DNA from: a virus
Taxonomy: Duplodnaviria; Caudoviricetes
Reading direction: 5' to 3' (one strand)
Virus record (IMG/VR): IMGVR_UViG_3300014204_000124
Location: 1-64,000 of that record
DNA length: 64,000 nt
Shown here: piece by piece, positions 8,933-20,221 of the stretch
Layout: each line of letters begins with the position of its first letter
Position numbering within the stretch: position 1 is the stretch's first letter
The notes under the pieces: generated by a model
Told to the model about the DNA's origin: nothing
Databases searched by the model: none
Seen by the model: the letters and a program-made list of their open reading frames with translations, nothing else
Translations under genes and position numbers: made by a program

Positions 8933-10692
8933 GCGGGTTCGGCAATGACAGATTTGGGGAGACGCCCTTCGGAATAGCGGGATGGTCTCGCAAGATGTTG
9001 GTCGATGTATGGCCAGACGAGTTGCGTGAACTTACAGTTGAGCGGGGCGGTTATCTATTGACGTTGTGCGAGGCTCTTTGCCCCCTGTTCAACGCAATAA
9101 TCCATGAGCATACCGAATCTATTCATTGGTGGAATGCTTGGCGATGCCGGGATGAGGACCGGATCATTACTGGTTTTTGGTGGGATGGTATTGAGTTCAG
9201 GGAGAGCAATACAGCGACGTTATATGCTGACACAAAGCGTGTCGGGGCGATGTGGGAGCCTGGGATATTTATTCCCAAGGGGAGTTTGTACGTTGATGCG
9301 GCGGCTAAGTCTTGGTTCGTTACGGACGTTAGACGAGGCTATCCCATAGATTATGTTCGCAGTGATGGCAACTCTTACGTCGATTTGATAGAGGTAGACA
9401 TATCGTGTTCTAGGGTTAGCGATGTGACGCCGGTTATTGCATCTCCGGGAACTGGCCATTCTATATTGACACAAGACGGTCTTTTGGAGTGGTTGGCAGC
9501 GACTATTGGAGTGAGGTGGGTTAGTGGGCTGACCGAGAATTACAGGCGTTTGCTGGTGGGTCGGCACCACCAATTTATATCTATGAAGGGGTCTGTTGAA
9601 GGGGCGGCTGCGTTTGCCAAGATGCACGGGTATGATGCTGTTGTCGAAGGGCTTTATTGGTTGTCTGCGGAGACTGTTCCATACTTGCCGGTCGGTGATA
9701 TTATCGATTTGAAGCAGTCTCTGGTCCAGTACCCAGTGTTTTGGGGCGATGGTGTTAGCAGTATAGTGAGTTCGGATGGTAGTTTAGGGACTGTATGCAG
9801 ACATTTGAAGGATGACCCGGATTACAGGGGGGCATTGGTGGAGCCTGCTGCTGGGCATGATGGGGATGTAGCGATTGAGTTTTGGGTAGTGAAGGGAGGG
9901 GTGGAGAGCCGGTATTTATTGAAGGATCGTGGTCTCGGTATCGGCGTGGGGAATCTTATCCCAGCGGGAGCATATCCCAGTTCGGTGGCCATGTGTGGGA
10001 CTGTCCATTATGCCACGGGAGCCATAGTTCTGCGTGCATACGATTTATCGACTCCTGGAATTTCTATGGGTGTGTTCGCACGAGCTAGGCCGGTGCTTGT
10101 CTCATTCAAGCGAACCGGGCAATATACGTTAAAGGAGCCTATCCAGCCTCTATTTGACGAAATCCCAGCCGATTATCGTGAGTTGGACGCGTACTGTTGG
10201 GAAGAGCCTATTGTTTTTGCCGATGCTACTGTTGTTATCGATTCCATGCCAGTTTCGCCGTATACAAGCGATTCTATTTGGACCGTGAGGCTGACAATAC
10301 CATCCGCTACGATAGAATTCCCAGTGTTGCCTAGATATGGGTCTATTTTGGGGGCATGGGCACCTATTTCGGGCCGTTGGTTGTTCTCCGACGGGGGTGT
10401 TGAGCACTACCTGGAGCAGATTTATGAGCCAGGGCCTTTGGACCCACCTGTTGCGTACACGTTGATACGCGTGAAGGGGACGGTCCCCATTACCCCAGGT
10501 GTCAAGACATTGACCTATCTTTGCCCCAACGTGAGTTCGTGCGATTTTGCTTTGTCGAACCGCATTCAGTTGACTTTGACACGTCCGCATCCAGAGGCAT
10601 TTTTAGCTGTTCCCTCCCCTGACTATGATGCCACGTTGCTTTCTAGGTTTGGGGAAACATTAGGAATCCAAGAAGAACTGGTGGTTCCATGA
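8929..10692 (+). CDS. Baseplate wedge protein with P2 gpI (Tail_P2_I)-like domain
   Basis: LEWLAATIGV.W....ENYRR.L......SMKGSVEG motif characteristic of gpI/gp7-like proteins; ATG 8929 overlaps upstream TGA. Confidence 0.7.
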   Translation: MSGFGNDRFGETPFGIAGWSRKMLVDVWPDELRELTVERGGYLLTLCEALCPLFNAIIHEHTESIHWWNAWRCRDEDRIITGFWWDGIEFRESNTATLYADTKRVGAMWEPGIFIPKGSLYVDAAAKSWFVTDVRRGYPIDYVRSDGNSYVDLIEVDISCSRVSDVTPVIASPGTGHSILTQDGLLEWLAATIGVRWVSGLTENYRRLLVGRHHQFISMKGSVEGAAAFAKMHGYDAVVEGLYWLSAETVPYLPVGDIIDLKQSLVQYPVFWGDGVSSIVSSDGSLGTVCRHLKDDPDYRGALVEPAAGHDGDVAIEFWVVKGGVESRYLLKDRGLGIGVGNLIPAGAYPSSVAMCGTVHYATGAIVLRAYDLSTPGISMGVFARARPVLVSFKRTGQYTLKEPIQPLFDEIPADYRELDAYCWEEPIVFADATVVIDSMPVSPYTSDSIWTVRLTIPSATIEFPVLPRYGSILGAWAPISGRWLFSDGGVEHYLEQIYEPGPLDPPVAYTLIRVKGTVPITPGVKTLTYLCPNVSSCDFALSNRIQLTLTRPHPEAFLAVPSPDYDATLLSRFGETLGIQEELVVP

Positions 10693-11333
10693 GTTTGCTG
10701 GATTTATTTAGTACGTTACCGAGGAGTGTTGCTGCTCGCAAACCCAAGCCTATTTGGATAGGTGTACAGGACCCGACGAACAAGGCGAAGTTCACGGAGC
10801 GTTCGATGCAGTGGTTTCCTGAGACGTTACAGGAGACAGGAGGAGCGGAGTGGGAAGAGAAAAAGGTCCCAGGCGGTTCGCATCCTCTTTATAACTACAG
10901 TGGTGGTCAGGGCCGTTCCTTCTCTTTTACATTGGTATTCACGAGTGATGAGGACCCGGATCTTGGAGAAGTGACTCGGGGCAAGAATGAGGCATATGGT
11001 GTTCGCAACTTGGATTTGCGTGAGGAGTTGGGGTGGGTTCGGAGTCTATGCGCTGCTATGTATAATTCGACAGAGGGAGGGCAGCGTGTAGTTCCTCCAC
11101 CGGTTGTAAAGCTTCGTGTTGACAATTTAGGTTGGGGTGTGGGGAATGGGGCTGAGGTATATTGTCTATTCCAAAGTTACGACATCACCTATGAGAAAGT
11201 ATGGTCGTCTGGATATCCTCGGTTGGCGACAGTTTCTCTACAATGCGTGGAGACTATACAGGAGTCGGGGAAGATTCAGTTTTTGGGCAGGGGGGCACCT
11301 GGAGATTGGGCGTTGGGGTTGAAACGAGGGTAA
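10689..11333 (+). CDS. Tail tube initiator / CIS-tube-like protein
   Basis: QWFPETL......W....VPGGSHPLYNYSGGQGRSFSFTLVF and PPPVVKL motifs of the contractile-injection tube family. Confidence 0.7.
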   Translation: MSLLDLFSTLPRSVAARKPKPIWIGVQDPTNKAKFTERSMQWFPETLQETGGAEWEEKKVPGGSHPLYNYSGGQGRSFSFTLVFTSDEDPDLGEVTRGKNEAYGVRNLDLREELGWVRSLCAAMYNSTEGGQRVVPPPVVKLRVDNLGWGVGNGAEVYCLFQSYDITYEKVWSSGYPRLATVSLQCVETIQESGKIQFLGRGAPGDWALGLKRG

Positions 11334-11336
11334 AAC

Positions 11337-11443
11337 TTTCGAAGTCTCAGAAATAAATTCTTGACATTATTCGCAGTCCGATTATGCTGTAAGCGTCCAG
11401 TAGAGGAACTGGGCATTGACAGCTAATGGAGGACATCATGAAA
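11337..11443 (+). repeat. Promoter-leader cassette repeat, copy A
   Basis: 11337-11434 matches 57780-57877 with 4 mismatches in 98 bp; also near-identical to 43388-43483. Confidence 0.95.
11361..11392 (+). promoter_or_regulatory. Sigma70-type phage promoter (family copy)
   Basis: TTGAC-N17-TATGCTGTAA with A-rich UP element. Confidence 0.85.
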
Positions 11444-12435
11444 AACTACAGAGTCGTCGGCCTGCGGGCCGAGTGTTTAGCACCCGTGCCCGCGGACAAC
11501 GGGTACGGGTTGTCAATAACTGCCGACACTAATGATGTCGGTGGATATAAGCTGGCGTGGCACGGCCACACGCCGCGGCAGTTTTGCCGGGCTTGTGCGG
11601 GAGAGGGGCCATGCCCCATGGAAGCCGCTGTTTTGGGGGCGTGGGTGGTACAGCGACGCGGCTAACCTCCAGCGCCAGTCGGGGCCTTGTACCGGCGGGA
11701 GGAAGAGATGTTTGTCGACTATGGAGATTTGGATGGGGCTAAGGCCGCCGGTAGGGAGGCGAGGGTGCAAGAGGCGACGGGCGTTGTTTATGCGTATTCT
11801 CTTTTGATAGACCGTGTGAGGGAACATGCTGAGTGGAGGGTGAACTTAGACCCTACTTGGCAGAGAGATATGTCCGGCGATTTTATTCGTAACGGTGAGT
11901 TGGTGAAAGGGCCGTGCCTTTGGACGAGTCCTCCGAAGTTTGAATCTGCCAGCATAGACCGCCAAGGGGTTGTAGAGGTGTGGTTCGCTTCCGTGCGAGA
12001 CGGTGAGCAATCCTTCACTTTCCCGATGGTGGATTTGTTCGTTCTAGAACACGAGTTGTCTGGTCGTATTGAGACAGAGGCGTCGGAACGGTTTTCAAAA
12101 CTTCGAGACGAGTATAAAAAACTTCGAGACGAGTATAATGGGTAGCAAAGAGGTGATTCATGAAAAGCGGTGGCTCGGCAAGGCGTAGTGTGTCCAGAGT
12201 CGTGTTGAAGTGGTCTGAGAATGACCGTGACCGCGGTTATTGGGACGTGTCATGCTTCGATGCTGAGGGGGTGTATATGTCGAACGCTGCGTTGGAACTG
12301 TTGGTGGAAGACTACAATCTTTTGGAGTATCCGCAAGCGGCAGATGCGGTGCGGCGGGTCTTCCCGAGTGCGACTGTGGAAGAGGACCGATTTGATTTTG
12401 GTCCGGTGAGGATTGGCTCTATGGTCGGAAGATGA
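11438..12435 (+). other. Three small hypothetical CDSs (11438-11665, 11708-12145, 12160-12435)
   Basis: Each has an SD; tandem on + strand downstream of promoter. Confidence 0.6.
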
Positions 12436-12462
12436 ATGTAGTGCAACTGTAGGAGCATTGAA

Positions 12463-13020
12463 ATGACGAGGGAAGAGTTTAAGGCCAGATGGGAGTCTGG
12501 GGATGATGGCGGCGGGATAACGCTTGGCGACATTGCAGAGTGTGCGCGAGAGTGGGGGTTTGCTTCATACCCACAAACGATGTGTATGGAAGAGGTTGTG
12601 TGCATGGTGCTGAAAGAGGCGGGCATCAGCGATGCTGAGGGCATAACAGAGCGCATGTTCGTTGTGATAGGGGGGGGAGACATGTTCTATGATTACGGAG
12701 ATCCGGACGCCATGGAAGCGTGCGCACTTGAGAACAGGGTAGAGGATGATTGGCCGCCTGACCACAAGAGGCTTGCGGTGAGCAAGGCGTTGGTGGCGTC
12801 AGCCACGTTTCATTGTCTTGACTGCGGAAGCCGGTTGGTGAAGAGGTCGGGGCGCTTCGGGGAGTTCCTGGGGTGCTCGGATTTCCCGAGGTGTACGTTC
12901 TCTGTTTCGATTATTGGTGATGGGGAGCAAGACCGTGCTGAAAAGGCTTTGGATAAGTATTTAGCCGACGCAGACCTGTGTGTCGGTGGTGTGGATGGTT
13001 ACGGTTCGTTTAGGAGGTAG
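12463..13020 (+). CDS. Protein with topoisomerase-type C4 zinc ribbon
   Basis: CLDCGSRLVKRSGRFGEFLGCSDFPRC motif. Confidence 0.75.
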   Translation: MTREEFKARWESGDDGGGITLGDIAECAREWGFASYPQTMCMEEVVCMVLKEAGISDAEGITERMFVVIGGGDMFYDYGDPDAMEACALENRVEDDWPPDHKRLAVSKALVASATFHCLDCGSRLVKRSGRFGEFLGCSDFPRCTFSVSIIGDGEQDRAEKALDKYLADADLCVGGVDGYGSFRR

Positions 13021-13023
13021 GTC

Positions 13024-13792
13024 ATGGGGAAGGCACAAGATCCGAGAGTGGAAGTAGTCGAGAAGATGAAAAAGCTGCTGGAGCGGTGGGCCTACAGCTT
13101 CGAGATCCCGCAACCTCACGTTGTCGAGACGAAGTATGGCAAAACGGTTTGGTATGGATGGACGGTTGGCAACTATTCCATTGCTCTGAGAATTGTCGGT
13201 CCTGAGTCTAACTTCACTTTCACTCTCATGAAGTTTGGTAGAACCGAGAGCATTCTGGGCGACGACATTGCCAGCCAGGGGTTGATTCTTGGTTTCTTCG
13301 CAGCGTATATGAGTCGGCAGGAGCGTATTGAGAAGGGGAGAGGCGTTTCGTTCCAGCGGATTGAGTTCGTCGAGATTGAACGGTTTGAATCTGAGGACGA
13401 GGCCATTGATTGGATGGTGGCCGAAGTGAATGACCCGTGCATTGACAATCACCGTGTTGGGTACTTCGATAATCCGAAGTCGCTCAAAGAATATGCGCGC
13501 TTAGAGAATGAGGGGTGCTGCGGGTCTTTTGATCACATCGTTTTCATTGGGAAGCGTAGGGCGAAGATTGGTTGCAACTACGGGCATTAAGGAGGCGGCA
13601 ATGAGTTGGGAACGAGCGGTGGGAAAACCAGTCAGAGAAGTGAGGCCGGGGGAGTGCCGGAAGGCGTTGAGGTTAGCGGGGATACTTACGTTCTTGGTGG
13701 ACATGGGGAAAGTGACTGAGGACGAGTTGGGGGCGCTGGGGAAAGAGGCAGTCGAGCAATACCGTAGGTGGGATGCGGAGAAGAAACGATGA
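13024..13792 (+). other. Hypothetical CDSs 13024-13590 and 13601-13792
   Basis: SD-led, closely packed ORFs. Confidence 0.6.
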
Positions 13793-14361
13793 TCAGGAGA
13801 ACGAAGAAGGTTTTGATGGCAGGTCCGGTTCCGTTGACAGAGGGCGAGGCCAAGGAACTGTTGGTTGGGATCGCTGGCGAGCCATGGACGGTTGAAGACG
13901 TTCTGTTGGGAGAGATAAAGCCCGAGGGAGTGTTCTGCGTTTGCTCTGAATTGCCGAATTTGTTCGTGTCTCAGTCCGGTGTGAGAGACTTCAATGGTGG
14001 GGATGTGGACCGTGCGCACGTTGTTTCCATTCTGGTCAATGCTCTGATTCGAGCGGGGAAATCTCTCCCCTGGGAACGTGAGATTGCAGCGTTGCGGGCG
14101 GAAGTTCTGAGCCTGAGCGATACAGTCGAAGTCGTTTGGTACTGCGGGGAACCGATATCGGCCCCTAAGTGGCAAGGGACCGATGCCTACGAGTGCGACG
14201 AGTGCGAGACAAGTTGGTCCTCTCTTGAGAAGGAGAGTGATTGGGAAGAAGGGAGTATTTATTCGGAGTGTCCGTCGTGCGGTAAGGTTCACGACAAGGT
14301 ATCGGGTCAAGCCGAATTGGTAGTAGAATTGATTAACTCTTACGAAGGTGATGTTAAATGA
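13789..14361 (+). CDS. GEPW-family paralog 1, with C-terminal Zn finger
   Basis: GEPWTVEDVLL...LPWERE shared with 51903 and 56441; two CxxC motifs. Confidence 0.65.
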   Translation: MIRRTKKVLMAGPVPLTEGEAKELLVGIAGEPWTVEDVLLGEIKPEGVFCVCSELPNLFVSQSGVRDFNGGDVDRAHVVSILVNALIRAGKSLPWEREIAALRAEVLSLSDTVEVVWYCGEPISAPKWQGTDAYECDECETSWSSLEKESDWEEGSIYSECPSCGKVHDKVSGQAELVVELINSYEGDVK

Positions 14362-15148
14362 TTGAGATGAAACTGAAACTGATGTCGTTTGAAGTGCCTA
14401 CCAAAGTCGTGGTCGCTGAAGCTGTTGGTCAAAGACAGGATGGCTTTCACAGCGTGACGGTGAGTCTGGAGGATGTGCCAGAGGAAGCGTTATCGGCGTT
14501 GTGCGATGAATTCCGCAGCGGTGTTTTCGCCGCTGCTGGCAAGTGCGATCCTAGATTGACTGACAAGGAGGTTCCATGACAGAGGATATAGGTGTTATTC
14601 AGTATGAAGAGGTCAGAACTGCGTTAGAGAGCGCACCTGATTTGATGCGAGACGAGTTCTTTCGTATCAAGGCCCGAGTGGTGGAGGGGAATTTCGATGA
14701 GATCCCGTTCCTTTGCGACCGAGCTGTTTCTGGGATTGAGCAGACCACGCCGGTAGTCGTACAGCGTGATATAGAGGGCGGCGAAGCAATGACACGAAAG
14801 CGACACAAGCCAGGGGAGTATGTCGAGACTCATTGGGGCGGGAAGAAGGCAGATTTCGAATTGGTCTACGGCTGGGTGGACGAGGAGACCTTCGACGAGG
14901 TAGTTAAGCAAGGCCGTGAAGCCATAGGTGGTGATGCGGATCATATCCCGACACTTGGCCCGGCTCGCCACACCTATTGCAGAATCATACCGGAGCCGAG
15001 TGGAGAAAATGCGTTCGTCTACTACTTCCCGAATGATCCTGGACGTGGCGCGTTCAAGGCAACGGTCGCTTTCCGTGATTGTCGCAATATCCGAGAGCTA
15101 GAGCGGGCAAAAAGAGAAGCTGACCCTTTGCCGAAAATAAACCCTTGA
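14358..15148 (+). other. Hypothetical CDSs 14358-14579 and 14576-15148
   Basis: ATGA-coupled ORFs. Confidence 0.6.
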
Positions 15149-15176
15149 CTCTTACCACGATTTGATTATGCTGTAA
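15145..15176 (+). promoter_or_regulatory. Promoter family copy
   Basis: TTGAC-N17-TATGCTGTAA. Confidence 0.85.
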
Positions 15177-15213
15177 GGCGAACAGAGGCGGCGAGTCTTT
15201 GTAGGGAGGCGAA

Positions 15214-18118
15214 ATGACAACGTATATTTGTTCTCACGGTTTTATGGATGTAGGGGAAGGGAAGTTGGGTTTGCGCGATTGGAGGGAGTTTAGTAGCCCG
15301 TCCCCTGAGAGTGTCGCTTTGATGTACGCCATAGAGCGGCAGTGGCAATACGATGGCCTTGCGGGGAAACCGTGGGTGACGCTCGTCGTTGTGACGAAGG
15401 CCGAAGATCCCCCGTTAGGGGTTATCAGGGTTTGGTACTCGTTCGAAGTCTCGCTTGGGTTTGGTAAGAACCGATTGAACTGCTACTCGGTTCAGGCGCG
15501 AGGGTATGCCAGTCCGGTGTTAGATGTGCTTAAGTCGCAGTTTGTATCGGTCCACGATGGAGGATCGCCGTTTTTCTTGGCGCAATCGATTGCGCCCCCC
15601 GTTGATAAGTCCCCGAAGGGAGGCCGTGGAGGAACAAATGAAAGCTGAAAATGCTGATTTTTTCGATTTGTTTGAGACGATTGAGTGGGTCGGGACAGAG
15701 CCAAAGGGGCATGGTTCTTTGGGGCAGAGCGTAGCGACGACGGCGGCAGGGGCCGCCCTGGACTACATGCTGGACGAGGGGGCTAATGCTCTTCCAGAAG
15801 TGTGGGTGCAGGGGCCGGAAGGCCCGGAGACGCTTGAACGGTTCGCTGTGAATTGCGTGTACGGCGGTTTTTGCGTGAAGAGCCTGGGAGGTCCGCAAGA
15901 GTTTGCGCAGGAGATCCAGGGTAAAATTGAATCCGCCACGAAGCGGTTTGACGACGCGTGGGGAAAGGGCGGAAGTAAGCGCCCCGGTGAAGGCTATCGG
16001 GCGATGAAGAACGTCTTTGGAGGCGAGCTTGGCGAGATCATCCCGCCGCCTGGGGGGGGGACGGCAATAGGTCCGTCCGCCGCTGTGAGGTCATACGAAG
16101 AGGTTTTGCATCTTGCTGTTTTTGAACCGTTGCTGGCGACGGTCAACGACATTCGGGAAGCGGTGGAAGCCTATTTGGAGCTTATGCCACAGTCGCTAAA
16201 GTCGCTCAGTGTGTGCCGGTGGGTTCTCTTGACTGCCAGATGCGAACGGTTCCGGGGGTGTTGGATGGTTTTGCGGGATTTTGATGGGGTGTTGGTGGAC
16301 CCGAGTGACGGTGACATCATGTTGCTGCGCCGGGAAGGGAGGCCAAGGGAGTGGAGAGTTGTGGAAAGCTCTAGCGATAACCGTGATCGAGTGAAGCGGT
16401 GTTTCGAGGGGGTGTAGCATGGGCGGCATAGGAGTGGTACAGGTCGACAAGGTGAAGTGGACCAAGAACGGGTTCGAGTTGGAAGAGAAAAGCTGTTGCC
16501 CAATCCCTGGAGGAGTACGAGTGTTTACGCTCCGGTCGGTTTGTGCATGGTGGGGTCACCCGGAAATCGAGTTGAATGCCCTGTCCAGAGAAGACCTCTA
16601 CAGGGAAGCTGTAGAGGCAGGATGTGTCAACACTGGCAAAGAGAAGGCGTAGCATGGATAAGGGACTGTTGGACCAAATAGGTGACTGGCTGCGGGCGAA
16701 CAAGATCCCGTTCCCGAACCGGATGATGATGGTGACTGACTTCGTTCCCAGTGGAAGCGCCAAGGAGCGGTTCCCGCTGTTGAAGCTGGGGTGGGAGAAC
16801 GGGTTGCTGGGGAGCAAGGTATTTATTGAGGTAGAAGATCTGAGGGAAGAGGCTGCCTTCGCTGTGGCATCGGTGACGTTGAACGGTGGCAGTACGGTGA
16901 AGTATGACTGGAATGATTCTCCCAAGCTGGAATGGATCAAGGAGCTTATCAACGAGGTCTACTTCCCGACCCCAGAAGTGATAGGTGGCGTGTTCCCAGA
17001 TAGCGATGCCGATTCAGACCTTCGGGCCGGGTTGTCGCTGGGGTTTCTGAAGCGTGGAGTCCCTGCGCCGTTGGTGTTTCGAGTTGAGGATGATCTGATG
17101 ATGTTTGCAACGAAGGTGGGATGCAAGTGGAAGGCGTGTGTGAAGCCGATGAACGCTGGTGACTTCCGGGAACACGCGAAGTGGAGTGTTACATATCCTG
17201 GTCTGGTGTTACAAGCGAACGTGACCTTTCGAGAAGTGGCAGCACAGTTCCCGAAGAGTTTGAGCGACCAGAATGTTGCGTTCGTGCGAGGGTACATGGG
17301 AGTGGGTGACGAGGCGGTTCCACCGGCTGACCATTGGGCAGGGATGGTATGGCGGGGCAGGACGTTGCATGGTGAGTGATGAAGGACTAGAGTGGCGATA
17401 TGTTAGTTATCTTAATGGTGCTGTTCGTGGTGTTGTTGGCTTGGTTGAAACCGTGGAAGGATAGGTGAGTCATGATGACCGTGCAAAAGCTGGGGGTTTC
17501 GTTGGCTGAGGCGGTGCTGTCTGCACTGAGGAGCCAGGGCGTAGCGGACGAGTTCGGGAGCATCATGCACGTAGGCTTCGACTTTTACGACGGGAAGGCC
17601 GGTACGGCTAGCGTGCCCAAGATCATGTGCATTGCCTATAATGGCGAGACGACAGGCTACATCATTGATACAGCCAAGTTCGACTGTTCCATGTTCAAGG
17701 TTCGCAAGGGCAGAATACGCCAAGCACGTCGTTGTGTCGGGGAGCTTACGCTGCCGCAGGGCAATGTTCGGAACAGAGGGGGTGAGTCATGAAAATCGTG
17801 TTTGAACTGGAGTTACCGGAGTTCTCGCCTGCGTATGTGAAGAGTTTCGGGTACGGTGAGGTTGAAAACCCGCATATCGGTGCCGAGATGATAGTGGGGC
17901 ATTCGCTTCCGTGGACCCAAGCCCCTCCGAGAGACGAGACGGTGACCATGGCTTATACGTCGAATGCCGAATGTGCTTTTGACGAGGCGGTAGCGCAATT
18001 GATTTCGGGGGTGAAGGCCCGAGGTCTTGGACCCCACGTTGTGAAGGCGCAGGACAAGGAGGTCCTTGACATGATTCTGGCGGTAGCGTTGAAGGCCAGA
18101 ATGAAGGAAGGGTTGTAG
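15214..18118 (+). other. Hypothetical CDSs 15214-15648, 15638-16417, 16419-16652, 16654-17379, 17472-17792, 17789-18118
   Basis: Packed + strand ORFs with SD sequences. Confidence 0.55.
15579..15596. promoter_or_regulatory. Perfect 18-bp palindrome, candidate operator
   Basis: GGCGCAATCGATTGCGCC; related copies elsewhere in window. Confidence 0.5.
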
Positions 18119-18129
18119 CGACAAAATGC

Positions 18130-18161
18130 TTGACGTTTCAGCGTGGTCTGTTATGCTGTAA
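18130..18161 (+). promoter_or_regulatory. Promoter family copy
   Basis: TTGAC-N17-TATGCTGTAA. Confidence 0.85.
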
Positions 18162-18182
18162 TGCGAGCTAGCGGATTGAGTA

Positions 18183-19526
18183 TTGGAGGCTGTCATGATG
18201 AGGACCGAGTCTGAGATTGAGCAGAAGCTTGCTTTCGTTCGTTGTGAGATTGCGAGGCTTTCGGACGAGATTTCGTTCGGAGAAAGCAACGAGGATAACG
18301 AGGATAGAATCGCAGAACTGCGTGAGCAGGAGACGGCATTGGTGAACCGAGACATGGACCATCCTGATGTTGGCGAGTGGCTTAACGGCGAGTTTTCGCC
18401 GTTGAATGACGACCTGGATTGGTAACTCGTGGATAACATGGACGACATGCTTCGGTTGAACGAGGCTCTGGGCCGTGAGTGCCCTAGACCGCTTGATATG
18501 AAAGGTGAGATCATGAAGTGTCCTAGATGCGGAAACGGATTAGGCGGTGACTGGACAGAAGACAAGTCGAGCCGGTACCTATGCTCGGGCTGTGGATGGG
18601 CAAGCCCGAGCGTCAACCAAATGGTCCTAGCCTCTCCCGCCTACCGCCTTGCCAAGCTCCAGGCCGAAGGAGCGGCTCCGGGCTGGTATGGCCCGGACGG
18701 GAGAAAACTTACGCCAAAGGCGGATGACTTCGGGAACATTGGGCTATGCGTTGACGGCTGCGGACTGTGGGCTGCTGACATTGAGTCCGATGAGGAAAAT
18801 GAGGCCGCCTTGTTGGGATTTGCCCGCCGTTGCGGGTTTGTGGAGGTGGTGATATGAGCAAGGGTACGCTCGGAGTTGAACAGCGGACGGACAGGGGGTT
18901 CAAGTTCGTTCGATTTTGCGATCACTACGGAGACGAGTGCAGCATTCAGCAGAGTTCGCTGGTATCGGACCAAGGCCCGTGTCTTTGGCTAGGGCTGGAA
19001 TCGGCTGACCCCAAAATTATGAAAAGTGACGCACTGCGATTGGGAATGGAGCTGCCCGGTGGCCCAGTGGAAGGCTGGATGCCATATCCGCTGCCGAAAG
19101 AAGCTCTTCTGAGCACTCGAATGCACTTGAACAAAAAACAAGTGCGAGCGTTGGCGGCGATGTTAAACCTATGGTTGCGCACGGGCGGGTTTGTGAAGGA
19201 GGGCAGTAGTATGGACAAAGGGGCGATAAGCGGATAAGGTGATTTGAGCGGAGGTTTGGATGGTTGCTAAAAGCCTACTGACATGGCGTGTAGCAAAGCT
19301 CAGAACATGCTGGCGCTGTGCTAACCAGTTGCCGGAGACTCAGTGTGTCGGTTTGACAATGCTGGGTTGGTTGTGCCAAAAATGTTATGATGCGCATCCG
19401 GTAGTGTGCTCTGGTTGTGGAGTACGACTTCAACCATGGGGTCTGAAGGGAGGCAATTTCGCCGCCGCTGACAGTAAGCGTTCATGGTGCCGAGAATGTG
19501 CCGAGAAGATGGGGGGAATGAAATGA
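18183..19526 (+). other. Hypothetical CDSs ~18195-18425, 18429-18857, 18854-19237, 19260-19526 (two Cys-rich)
   Basis: ORF track; 18854 ORF has the RGF...F.D.YG..CSIQ.SSL...CLWLG pattern common in phages. Confidence 0.55.
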
Positions 19527-20206
19527 GAACACTCGCACTAATCGTTTATTTATTTGTTTGGGTGTCGCCCGTGTTGGCGGACACCTATGATACCCGCCAC
19601 AGAGAGGAGCGGGCGGTTGCCCGAGAGGATGCAGTGATGTATGTCGCTCAGGAGACGGGGGTTCCGGCTGATATTCTCCGCTCCATGATAGGAGGAGTTG
19701 AAGGCCAGACAGGGGAGTCATCTGGCTATACCGGCGCGGTGCGTTGGTGTAGTGAGTGGGTGGTACGGCCCGACGGGAAACTGACCTGCCCCAACGACAA
19801 ACTCCCCGATGGGACCAACCGGCAGAAGTCCTGCTACTACAATTGTCGGGGCAATAAGATATGGAAGAATCGGCTGGACATCGGTATTTGGGGATTGCGA
19901 GACCCGCCCGCAAAGGTCGGGGGCGTCCCCGTCAAGGGATGGTCGTGGATTAGGTGGTATGAACGAAAGACGGGGGAGGATCTACCCAAGATGTGCGCGC
20001 TGGATTGGACATGCGCATCGGTTGTCATGATCGCTGTTGTCCGCCATTTGCAGGCGGGCGCATCAAGGGCTAAAATCAAGTGCCGCAAGCCCATATATGT
20101 GCCTGAGTTGCAATGGCTGGAGGGATGGAACGGCTGCTCCAGTTACAAGGCAAGAGTGACATACTGGCTCAGCCAGGGCGGCAAGCCAGAGGATCTCGAT
20201 AAGTAA
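19523..20206 (+). CDS. Secreted protein, possible lysozyme/lytic-transglycosylase-like fold
   Basis: Signal peptide MRTLALIVYLFVWVSPVLA; VAQETGVPADILRSMI..VE and DIGIWGL resemble SLT motifs. Confidence 0.45.
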   Translation: MRTLALIVYLFVWVSPVLADTYDTRHREERAVAREDAVMYVAQETGVPADILRSMIGGVEGQTGESSGYTGAVRWCSEWVVRPDGKLTCPNDKLPDGTNRQKSCYYNCRGNKIWKNRLDIGIWGLRDPPAKVGGVPVKGWSWIRWYERKTGEDLPKMCALDWTCASVVMIAVVRHLQAGASRAKIKCRKPIYVPELQWLEGWNGCSSYKARVTYWLSQGGKPEDLDK

Positions 20207-20221
20207 GAAAGGAGACTGCCG

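Noticed and set aside
1129-11333. Bacterial extracellular contractile injection system or tailocin locus
   Set aside because: The context of about 100 small phage-type ORFs, lysis genes and no host housekeeping genes indicates a phage genome.
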